Assembly (NCBI GenBank): GCA_030704615.1
Contig: JAKLZA010000251.1
Span: forward strand, 1 to 25,000
DNA length: 25,000 nucleotides
Reading direction: 5' to 3'
Source of the DNA: Takakia lepidozioides
Taxonomy: Eukaryota; Plantae; Bryophyta
Both the position numbers and the translations under genes were made by a program. The notes below the pieces were generated by a model that ran no database searches, was not told where the DNA came from, and saw only the letters and a program-made list of their open reading frames with translations. Below are positions 1-9,121 of this stretch, piece after piece (position 1 is the first letter of the stretch; every line of letters starts with the position of its first letter).

Positions 1-1476
1 ATGATGTCCCGTCCCAAGCCCGGTTCCAATGCCGTCGTCTCCCACTCCTGTCCCCAACCCAGTTCCGGTGGTACCATACCCAGTTCCTTGATTCCCAATC
101 CCTGTGTTGTAACCTGCCCCGGTGCCAGTAGTATCTTCATAACCGGTTCCAGTGCTCTGGCCCGTCACGGCATTCTCCACCTTGCCCATGATCCCTTGGT
201 GCTGGCCGTGGGTTCCGTGGTGCCCCACGCCAGTTCCAGTTCCTGAATGCAAATCAATAAATCTAGTGGTCATGGTCGTGGGTTAAATGTGTAACAATGG
301 CACATGAACCAACATGCATTTGTAGAGGTGGTGAAGGTCTGTCGTCTCTAGAGGTAAACGGCATTACAAGAACAAACAACACACGCAGGTGCCAATGGTT
401 GCACATAAGGGATTTGTGAAAAGGAGTAGCAACAGGCCCTGAAGATTAACAAAGCTGAAGAGGAAGCAACATTTCACAGGATAATACGACATGGCAATGA
501 ACTCACCTATAATTTAGGAACAGAAATTGAAGACTGCTCATCCCAGGCCTTAGACAACTCAAGCCACTGCTTTAGCTTGTAGTGCCAATATACGACAACC
601 TCTACTCTCATCACGACTTATCACACGGAAGACCATGCAGCAATAGTATAAGGCGTCATTCGAAATTGTCTTGAAAGATCGATATGCGGAATTACCATGC
701 TAACTCTGTAATCATGTTCATACTGCGAACTTTCAGATAACAGAAAAATTTGATATGGTTGTTGAATAAGACCTGTGGTGCCGTAGCCGGTGCCAACGCC
801 GGTCCCTGATCCGTACCCAGCCCCCGTGTTGTAACCAGTCCCGGTGCCAGTTCCATACCCAGTTCCAGTGCCCTGGCCCATCACGGCATTTTCCACCTTG
901 CCCATAATCCCTTGATGCTGACCCGTGGTTCCGTGGTTACCCACGCCGGTTCCAGTTCCGTACGAATCCGTGCCTGCATGCAGATCAAGAAATCTCAGTG
1001 GTTAGGGTCGTGTAAATGTAAGTAGGACATATGCACCGCCATGCACTCTTGGCGTTAGTAAAGTCTGCCTATGGATGTAGACCGACGCCCGCATTAAATA
1101 GCAACAGAGGCGACTTCGGTTATAGATATGAAAAGTGAAGACAAACCAAAGAATGGGTAACAACCGTGTGTGTTTCGTGACTCATGCAAATGGGAGTGTG
1201 AAGTATCGACAAGCCTTGAAAAATAGAAAAAGAAACTTACATTTCACAAGATTGCAATGAACTAATCCATAAATTAGGAACATAACTGCAAATGCTCCTA
1301 TTGCGGGAGATCTACCACAACAGTCGACATGTTTGGTAAATGATACCTGTCGTGTCGTAGCCGGTGCCAGTGCCAGTGCCAGTCCCGGTACCAGCGGTGT
1401 TGTGATGGTGCCCCATCCCCAGCACATTCTTCACCTTGTCAGTCATGCTTGGCTTCCCGTACCCTCCTCCCTCCAT
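1..1476 (-). CDS. Gly/Thr-rich dehydrin/LEA-like hydrophilin, 3' end outside the window
   Basis: Exons 1476-1347, 973-773 and 242-<1, joined by phase-1 GT..AG introns, give one open frame: MEGGGYGKPSMTDKVKNVLGMGHHHNTAGTGTG...GNHGTTGQHQGIMGKVENAVMGQGTGTGYG...GHHGTHGQHQGIMGKVENAVTGQ... GIMGKVENAV and SMTDKVKNVL resemble the dehydrin K-segment (EKKGIMDKIKEKL). GTG-rich spacers resemble phi-segments. Confidence 0.8.
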
Positions 1477-1711
1477 CGCTACAATAATCTCAGTACTCAA
1501 CAACTACACCTCCCGAGTCCCCGCACCAACAATGCACTGAACCTTCTTCACAGAAAGCTTCACAACAAGCTTCAACTACTTAAAAGCTGCAATACACCTC
1601 AAGACTGATCGAAGGACTCACAACAACACAGCAAATTGACTTCAGCAAAGTAGGTCTCGAAATCCAAAGAGATAATCCGCAGCGGTGTGATGAGGGCAGG
1701 CGGGCCTACCG

Positions 1712-1718
1712 TTATATA
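1712..1718 (-). promoter_or_regulatory. Probable TATA box (TATATAA) of the dehydrin-like gene
   Basis: The minus strand reads cgTATATAAc about 240 nt upstream of the ATG at 1476, in otherwise GC-rich sequence. Confidence 0.5.
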
Positions 1719-2516
1719 CGCGCTCTTGTGTGGGTCACCCCACCCGCATCTATCCGTTTTGTTGTCGCGCTGGCGTTTGCATGCAATGAGGCGCTGACAT
1801 CTGGCGACGACCAACAATGATTTTGTACTGCATGACCCGGACGAGCGTTGTGGAGGCGCCACCTGGCCACAACAATATCTGGCTATTTCCGTGCAGGTCG
1901 CGATGGCATGGACAAGGGTCGACATCCAATCCACTCATGACCTGGCGCTTCGACGTCCTGCCACATGCTCCACAGCTGGCGCTTCCATAGCAACCAGAGG
2001 CAGATACCGTCAGACTGGACGAACGCGAACGGATCACGACGGACATCCACCGATGGCGTCCAAAAGTCTGACGATGTTGGACGAGGGGTGCGTAGCGCTG
2101 ACGACGATGGATGGACAGCAGAAATCGTTGACGGCAGCGGTCGTCCAAACTATGTTTGGTCGCGATCAGCAGTTGGTTGATAACTATTACGCTCTACTCT
2201 ACGTATTGCGATTTAATTGTGGTAGCCGCCTTGTTCGTGATTTGCTTACTGCTCTTGGAGTACACAGAGATGTATGTCCCCAAAGAGTTGACGGAAGGGG
2301 TGAAAACAAGAGTTGTGCGCACCTCAACAGGAGGGGCAGGAGGAAGAAATTCTCCGAGACAGTACCAGCAAGCTATGAGGTTGATCTCTAAAAACCCCTG
2401 TTGATCGTAGATACTCTTGCATCTGCTGAGAACAAGTGAACGAGGTCGAACTTCACATACACCCAAGCCGTCTCTCGGAGAGCTTCATCAAACTCGGTTG
2501 CGGTCCCTCACAATCG

Positions 2517-2526
2517 AAACCCTAAA
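2517..2526 (+). promoter_or_regulatory. Telo-box (AAACCCTAA) near a probable plus-strand transcription start
   Basis: aaaccctaaa at 2517. It is followed by a donor (ag|gtaagt, ~2580) and an acceptor (atgcag|, ~2709), suggesting a spliced 5' leader heading towards the PPR gene. Confidence 0.35.
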
Positions 2527-3079
2527 ATATCCACGCAGAGCCGCTCATGATCTCCCATTCCACTTTCATACTATAACAGGTAAGTAGCTTCACTTACTCA
2601 CTATTAAGAGCTCCTACGTTGTGCACTAGGGTTCAAAATCTGTGAGAGGGAGTACATTGAATACAGAGCATTTGTTCACAGTATTTCTCTCATACTCCTT
2701 CGCATGCAGGGTTCGTATCATTCGGCTTTGTTTTCCTCTTCAGCCTTTCAGCGATCTTCTGGTATTGCTGAGGTTCTGACTGTTGATCCATGGAGTGTAA
2801 AGCTTCTCTACCACAGAGGCCAACAATTACTAGGCAAACTTCTGCACTATATTATCACCCATGCTTCTAGCTGCATCTCGTTGGCTATGGCAGCCAATGT
2901 CTACTCTGATTGTTTCGCCTTCAGTCCCACAACTTCATGGAGATCCAAGACCCTTCCCCAAAGCACTCGGTCTTGGGCCAAATTCAGCCATCACCACCAC
3001 GCTCATGGCACCGAGAAATTCACGACTGCTGCAGATTCCTGCGCCTGTTTGGAACAGGCAGCTGCAAAGAGGGCTTCAT

Positions 3080-3561
3080 ATGCACTTCGCTGCACAAACT
3101 CACGTCGATAACTCGTTTGCCAACATCGCCAACAGCTTCGAGTCCACGAAGAACACGCGCTTGCTGCTGGAGCCTTGCAAAGTGACAAGCATCATCCGCC
3201 GCTTTGTTCTTGTGAGCACAGATGAGGTATGGGTATGCAGAAACTGAGGCCGATGCTAGTGCTGGCAACCACGAGTCGTCCCAGTTGCTTCGCACAAATC
3301 CTGAAGCACTCAGAGGGCCGGAATTCTGCTCATGGCCTATGGCTTGCCCGTCATTAAGGGCAACAAATGGGTAGGGACCTAATCAGTTCCCGAAGAAGCT
3401 TATTCCTGAATTCATTCTTTTAGCCATCATGCAGGGCAAGCCACTCCCGATCCATGGGGACGGCTCTAATATTCGCAGCTATCTGTACTGGGAAAAGGTT
3501 GCCGAAGCATTTGATGCGGTTCTGCACAAGGGGAAGGTTGGTGATGTAGATAAGAGTGGCA
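3080..3561 (+). pseudogene. RHM: Decayed fragment of UDP-L-rhamnose synthase / dTDP-glucose 4,6-dehydratase (RHM-like N-terminal SDR domain)
   Basis: Motifs in shifting frames: MHFAAQTHVDNSF, LLEPCKVT.IIRRFVLVSTDEV, ETEADASAGNHESSQLLRTNP, PNQFPKKLIPEFILLA, GKPLPIHGDGSNIRSYLYWEKVAEAFDAVLHKGKVG. These follow the order in plant RHM. The NAD-binding GxxGxxA start is missing, the catalytic YxxxK is lost, and there are deletions and frameshifts. Confidence 0.88.
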
Positions 3562-4245
3562 AAAACTGTTTGCAATTTATTCAACTCAGTTTGGGGATAA
3601 CCAACCTGTCGACGATTTTGATGATGGGGGGATGTTTCGGGCGTTCTGGTGCCGCTTTCTTCCTGCTTGGTCTGATGACAGGAATCCTGGTTGCACTAAT
3701 GGGATTCTCCTATCCAAATCTGCATGCTTGGTTTTGGTTCCACTTGGAAATGGGAGCTTCTTGTAGAAAGCTGAGTGTGTTCTGTTGTATGTAATTTTTC
3801 TTTCATTTGTCATGCAGGGTATAAAGGCAGATTATTGGACGTCCTGCTATGACCCACAAGATGCTTTGTCTAAAGCATGGTGGGTTTGCAAAGACAAAGC
3901 TGCAGTGTTCGGTATGCTCAAATTCTATACCTCCCACCCGAATGTTGTGATTAACAATGATTCCATTATCTGCTGTTTAATCTAAGCAATGCATGCGAAG
4001 CTCAGTGATGGCCCCCTGTGAAGGTTTTTTTCAACTGTATCAATAGCATTGATCTCAGATTATGAATAGTTCTGCAGAAAGTCAACTGGCACGTCACATT
4101 TTGTGCAGGTGGGTGGGTTTCCAATTCTTTTATCAGACACCCTGCTTGCTCCGTATCAGAGTGCAGGTAAAGCTATTGGGCTTGTCATATCCTCCACCAT
4201 GGCTCTGGAAGGAAATTAGAGAAACTAGAGGGGCAACGAAGCCAC

Positions 4246-7200
4246 GTGGACATTCTGGGCACTGGTGAGGATGTTAACAGACTATGTAAGGAGGGATGTT
4301 TGAAAGAGGCATTGAAAATTCTGAAAAATAAAGTGAACCATCAACATACTACAGAACATTCCTGTTCTCTCTTGCATGGGCGTGCCCAGATGAAGTCCCT
4401 CCAAATGGGCAAACAGGTCCACTCATATATGAGCAAGAGTACAGTTCCCTGGGCTTTCACATGGAATACTATCAGCCACTCACAAAGTGTTGTGAGTGCC
4501 CACCAACTCTCTGACAAAATTCTTAAAGAAGACGTCTTCTCATGGAATGCAAAGATTGCAAAGTATGCCACCCAAGGACTTGGGGAAGAAGCGTTCAAAC
4601 TCTTTCGGAAAATGCAGCATGAAGGGATGAAGCCAAACAAGTCCACCTTCATCAGCATCCTAAATGCATGTGCCAGCCCAGCAGCTGTGGAGCAGGGCAT
4701 GTGGGTTCATAACCACATTTATGAGGCAAAATTTGAATCAGACGTCCGTGTGGGGACTGCCCTTGTCAGCATGTATGTCAAATGTGGGAGTTTGGTGAAT
4801 GCTCGAAGAGCATTTGATAATGTGCTTAAGCGAGATGTGATCTTATGGACCGCCATGATCACAGGATATGCTCAGAAAGGTGAGGGTGAAGAGGCATTTG
4901 AATTATTTCGACTGATGCGTCGAGAAGGAGTGGAGCCAAACAAGGTCACTTTTGTTAGCATTCTGAATGCATGTGCTGGACGAACAGCCCTGAAAAAGGG
5001 AAAGTGGGTCCATGCTCATATCATCAAAGCTGGATTGCAGTCAGAAGTACATGTGGGAAATGCACTTATCAGCATGTATGCCAGGTGTGGGAGTGTGGTG
5101 GATGCACGCCAAGAGTTCGACAAAATGCCTGAACAAAATTTGGTCTCATGGAATGCAATGATTGCTGGATATGCTGAGCAAGGGCATGGTGAAGATGCAT
5201 ATGAACTGTTTTTGCAAATGCAACGAGAAGGCTTGAAGCCAAACAAGATCACGTTCATTAGCGTCCTCAATGCATTTTCCATGCCGGCAGCCCTGAAAGA
5301 GGGAAAGCGCGTCCATGGCCAAGTTAACCAATCTGAATTCGCATCCGATGTCTCTGTGGGCAATGCCATTGTTAGCATGTATGCCAGATGTGGAAGTGTG
5401 GTGGAGGCCCTTCAACAGTTTGACAAAATGCCTATGCGAAATGTGGTCTCATGGAATGCAATGATTGCAGGTTGTGCTCAGCAAGGGCAGGGTGAAAAGG
5501 CATTTGAACTCTTACAAAAAATGCAACACGACGGCTTGAAGCCAAACAAGGTTACGTTTATTAGCATCCTCAATGCATGTGCTATCCCAGCAGCTCTGGA
5601 ACAGGGCAAGCGGGTCCATGCCCTCATCAACAAAGCCGGTATTGAGTCAGATGTTCACGTGGGGAACACCCTTGTGAGCATGTACACCAAGTGCGGGAGT
5701 ATCAAGAGAGCACGCCGAGTATTTGATAAAATGGCTGCACGAGATGTGATCTCATGGACTGCAATGGTTGCAGGGTATGCAGAACATGGGCCAAGTGAAG
5801 AGGCATTTGGACTCTTTCAGCAAATGCAACACGAAGCGGTGAAGCCAAACAAGGTCACCTTCCTGAGCATCCTCAATGCATGTACAAGCTCAGTATCCCT
5901 AGAGCATGGCAAGAAGATCCACATCAAGATCATTGAAAATGGGTTGGATTCAGATATTCATGTGGGGAATGCACTCGTCAGCATGTATGCCAAGTGTGGA
6001 AGTGTGGTGGATGCCGGCCAAGTCTTCGACAAAATGTCCAAACGGAATGTGGTCTCCTGGACAGCAATGATCACCGCATATGCTCAGGAAGGGCAAGTGA
6101 AAGAGGCATTTGAGGTCTTTCAGAAAATGCAACGAGAAGGGGTGAAGCCTGATGAGGTCACTTTCACTAGCATCCTTAGTGCCTGTGCCAGCCTAGCCGC
6201 TTTGGACGAGGGCAAGTGGGCCCATGCCAACATCATCAAAGCTGGATTCTTGTCAAATATCTCTGTGGCGAATGCCCTTGTTGATATGTATGCCAAATGT
6301 GGGAGTGTGGTGGATGCACGACGAGTGTTTGACAAGATTCCTCAACGAGATGTTGTCTCATGGACTGCCATGATTACAGGATACGCTCAGAATGGCAATG
6401 GCAAGGAGGTTCTCCAACTCTTTGAGCAGATGAAACAGGAAGGGGTGAAGCCAAATGAGGTCACGTTCATTGGCGTTCTCTCTGCATGCAGCCATATGGG
6501 CCTAGTGGATGAGGGTCGCCATTACTTCCATTCCATGAGTCAAACTCACAATATCACACCAACAGAAAAGCACCATGGCTGCATGGTTGACCTGTTTGGC
6601 CGTGCAGGGCGGTTGACTGATGCAGATAAATTTATCAAGGAAATGTCATGCGAACCAGGCGCTTCAGTGTGGGGGGCTTTGCTTGGTGCCTGCAGAATTC
6701 ACGGCAACGTGGATCTAGCAGAACAAGCTGCAGAATGTATTCTGAAGTTGGAACCAGAAAATTCTGCTGTCTATGTTCTACTATCAAACATATATGCTGC
6801 AGCCAGCAGGTGGGATGCTGTTGCCAAGGTGAGAAAAGTGATGGAGGCGAGAGGTGTTAGAAAGGAGCCAGGGCTCACATGGATCAAGGTCAAGAACAGG
6901 ATACATTCATTTGTTGCAGAAGATAGATCACATCCACGAACAGAGGATATCTATGCTGAGCTGGAGAGGTTGACTAGGCTCATGAAGGATGCAGGATATG
7001 CACTGGACACACGCTATGTATTGCATGATGTTGACCAGCAGTTGAAGGAAGTGTCCCTCTGCCATCACAGTGAAAAGTTGGCCATTGCTTTCGGGCTCAT
7101 AAGCACGCCCGCTGGGACACCTATCTGCATTGTCAAAAACCTTCGTGTATGTGTTGATTGTCACACTGCCAGTAAGTTCATCTCCAAAATTGTTGGACGA

Positions 7201-7275
7201 GAGATTGTTGCAAGGGATGCCAACCGCTTTCATCGTTTCAAGAACGGGGTGTGTTCTTGTGGGGATTACTGGTGA
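4246..7275 (+). CDS. PLS-class pentatricopeptide repeat protein with E1, E2 and DYW deaminase domain (organellar C-to-U RNA editing factor)
   Basis: 1009-codon ORF with no internal intron: six P-L-S triplets, then P2-L2-S2, E1 (ASVWGALLGACRIHGN), E2 (SAVYVLLSNIYAAA), PG box (EPGLTWIKV), HSEKLA...CVDCH zinc/catalytic motif and terminal CSCGDYW. The start is uncertain: 4246 is GTG and the first in-frame ATG is 4390. Confidence 0.97.
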   Translation: MDILGTGEDVNRLCKEGCLKEALKILKNKVNHQHTTEHSCSLLHGRAQMKSLQMGKQVHSYMSKSTVPWAFTWNTISHSQSVVSAHQLSDKILKEDVFSWNAKIAKYATQGLGEEAFKLFRKMQHEGMKPNKSTFISILNACASPAAVEQGMWVHNHIYEAKFESDVRVGTALVSMYVKCGSLVNARRAFDNVLKRDVILWTAMITGYAQKGEGEEAFELFRLMRREGVEPNKVTFVSILNACAGRTALKKGKWVHAHIIKAGLQSEVHVGNALISMYARCGSVVDARQEFDKMPEQNLVSWNAMIAGYAEQGHGEDAYELFLQMQREGLKPNKITFISVLNAFSMPAALKEGKRVHGQVNQSEFASDVSVGNAIVSMYARCGSVVEALQQFDKMPMRNVVSWNAMIAGCAQQGQGEKAFELLQKMQHDGLKPNKVTFISILNACAIPAALEQGKRVHALINKAGIESDVHVGNTLVSMYTKCGSIKRARRVFDKMAARDVISWTAMVAGYAEHGPSEEAFGLFQQMQHEAVKPNKVTFLSILNACTSSVSLEHGKKIHIKIIENGLDSDIHVGNALVSMYAKCGSVVDAGQVFDKMSKRNVVSWTAMITAYAQEGQVKEAFEVFQKMQREGVKPDEVTFTSILSACASLAALDEGKWAHANIIKAGFLSNISVANALVDMYAKCGSVVDARRVFDKIPQRDVVSWTAMITGYAQNGNGKEVLQLFEQMKQEGVKPNEVTFIGVLSACSHMGLVDEGRHYFHSMSQTHNITPTEKHHGCMVDLFGRAGRLTDADKFIKEMSCEPGASVWGALLGACRIHGNVDLAEQAAECILKLEPENSAVYVLLSNIYAAASRWDAVAKVRKVMEARGVRKEPGLTWIKVKNRIHSFVAEDRSHPRTEDIYAELERLTRLMKDAGYALDTRYVLHDVDQQLKEVSLCHHSEKLAIAFGLISTPAGTPICIVKNLRVCVDCHTASKFISKIVGREIVARDANRFHRFKNGVCSCGDYW

Positions 7276-9121
7276 TAAGAAGTGAAACTAAGTCACAACT
7301 ATGAACTTCCTAAGTGTCGGTGCCAAGATCATTCTCTGCTGCAGTCTGACTCCAGTCTGATTTCCCCTTCAAGGTACCTGCCATGTCCGTTTCTCGTGGG
7401 CAAAGGTTTTTCTCTCTCCCTCTCTAGAGCGAGCCTTGGCACCCACCTACAATGCCCTCTGCCTGTCTCTGCCCTGTCTGACCAGGTGTGGGGTCTGGTG
7501 ACACAGCTATGTCAAGAAACTCTCTATGCTGGCATGGTACAACTGTAAGGTAGTGAGGTGCAGTACTGGTTTGTACTTCATGCCTTCTAGCCAGCATACA
7601 AGGCAACACACTTCATGCATGGGTTAGCATAGATCAAGCCACTTTGCCCGTTAGAGGCCTCATGCAGATGCAAGCAAGGAATGGATTTTGAAAGCATCAA
7701 ATAGGAATGTGAGACAGACACTGCTCCAATATGGGACAGGATCCCACCAGGGCACTGAAGCCTCTGACAGCATGAAAGAAGAAGGTTTCTGTGAAGCCCT
7801 TGCATATCAAACAACTTCTTCGAGATAGGAAGAGAAATGGACCATCTGTCAGCCATGAATGACACTCTGTTTCGTGTGAGGAGACAGTCATGCAAGCTCT
7901 ACTGTAACTTTGGGCATGGTGATTCATAAACCCATCACAGTCTCCAGGAATATGCCCCCAAGAGGCTGTCATAGCCCTTCTTCCTAGAGCATTCTTTATT
8001 GAACTGTACTTCCGTGCTCATCATGCCACTCTAACCCACGAGATGAGTGATGCTTGTTTTTCAGTGACACCTGGCTTGTGGGAACCATGGTCGCACTTTG
8101 GTGCTTAAACACAACTACCTTCTTGGAAGGGTATGAAACCAGGCAATACAAGTATAATGGGCTAAAAAATTGGTACAGTTAAGTCCTGGTTATCATAATG
8201 CTAGGTAACTGCAATGAGCGACTTCAATATATCCTCTGTGCAAGAGCAACAGCAGTCTGTATCTTTTATTTCTCAAATGTTTCCAAAGTGCAACCAAGTT
8301 TGTGGCCAAAAGATAACAGACAGCACAGCCTCTCCCTCATGAAGAGAAAAACCTTGTGTGGGACATGCTTAGAACCCTCCAATACAGAATGACGATGGTA
8401 GGTCCTATATTTTGCTTAAACCTCTCCCTCTCTGTGGTGGTGGTGATGATCCCAGATGCCAGATCCCAGACTAATTTGTGTTTTGGATAGGGTAAGTAAA
8501 GGCCATTCTAAAACAGGCGGACTTGGTAGATATGATGAAACCAAGCCGATAGGACATTCTAGTTCAGCATTTAAGAGCCTATCAGAATGCCTATGTTCAC
8601 ATTACCGAACAATGAATCAAGGGATGGATACTGGCAATCTGTCAATTTTGTGCATAAGAAAGGGCATTCATAGCCTCTGACTATGGCGTCCTGACATAGG
8701 ACCCCAAATGCAGCCAAAAGATTGTCAATTCTTATGACAATTAATTGGAGAGAAACCTGAATACGAATTAAGTGGATCTAACATTGCACTCGTCTTGTTT
8801 GTGCTTCTTCTTGTGAAGAAAGAGCAGCACAATCCTTGATCATCTGAAGGCTTTGAGGAACTTGATCACAACAAAGCAAGACCTCATCAACTTTTCAATA
8901 GATTTCCTTCCCTCCCAATGTAACTCTGACTACCTCCTAAACTTGAAGCTTGCACTGGATACAGCTCCTTTAACCCTTGAAATATTTGCATGGTTCCTGT
9001 TGAAAGGGGCCCCAAAAGTGCAATGTTGAAGCTAACAGGACCCCTCCATCGGAAGCTGAACCCCTCGCTCAAGGCGCGTGAGCGCAGTAACATGCACGAT
9101 GGTGGAGAATTGTCTAAGACT

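Noticed and set aside
1-246. Plus-strand 81-aa ORF, and the similar ORF at 1333-1608
   Set aside because: Antisense shadows of the Gly/Thr-rich dehydrin-like exons.
1750-2466. Several overlapping ORFs of 70-166 aa on both strands
   Set aside because: No recognisable motif or consistent splice structure. The region is a GC-rich divergent promoter where stop codons are scarce.
2883-2904. 19/22 match to the reverse complement of 13299-13320 (MAANVY versus MAASVY starts)
   Set aside because: A rough estimate gives about one such match by chance in a 25-kb self-comparison, and the similarity does not extend.
4341-7233. Minus-strand and alternative-frame ORFs inside the PPR gene
   Set aside because: Shadows of the repetitive PPR coding sequence.
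6860-7275. Possibility of a U-to-C (DYW:KP) reverse editor
   Set aside because: The domain has a PG box, canonical HSEKLA and a DYW ending, which mark the ordinary C-to-U type.
7282-9100. Short ORFs between the convergent PPR and DUF1818-like genes
   Set aside because: No recognisable homology. Most likely 3' UTR and intergenic sequence.
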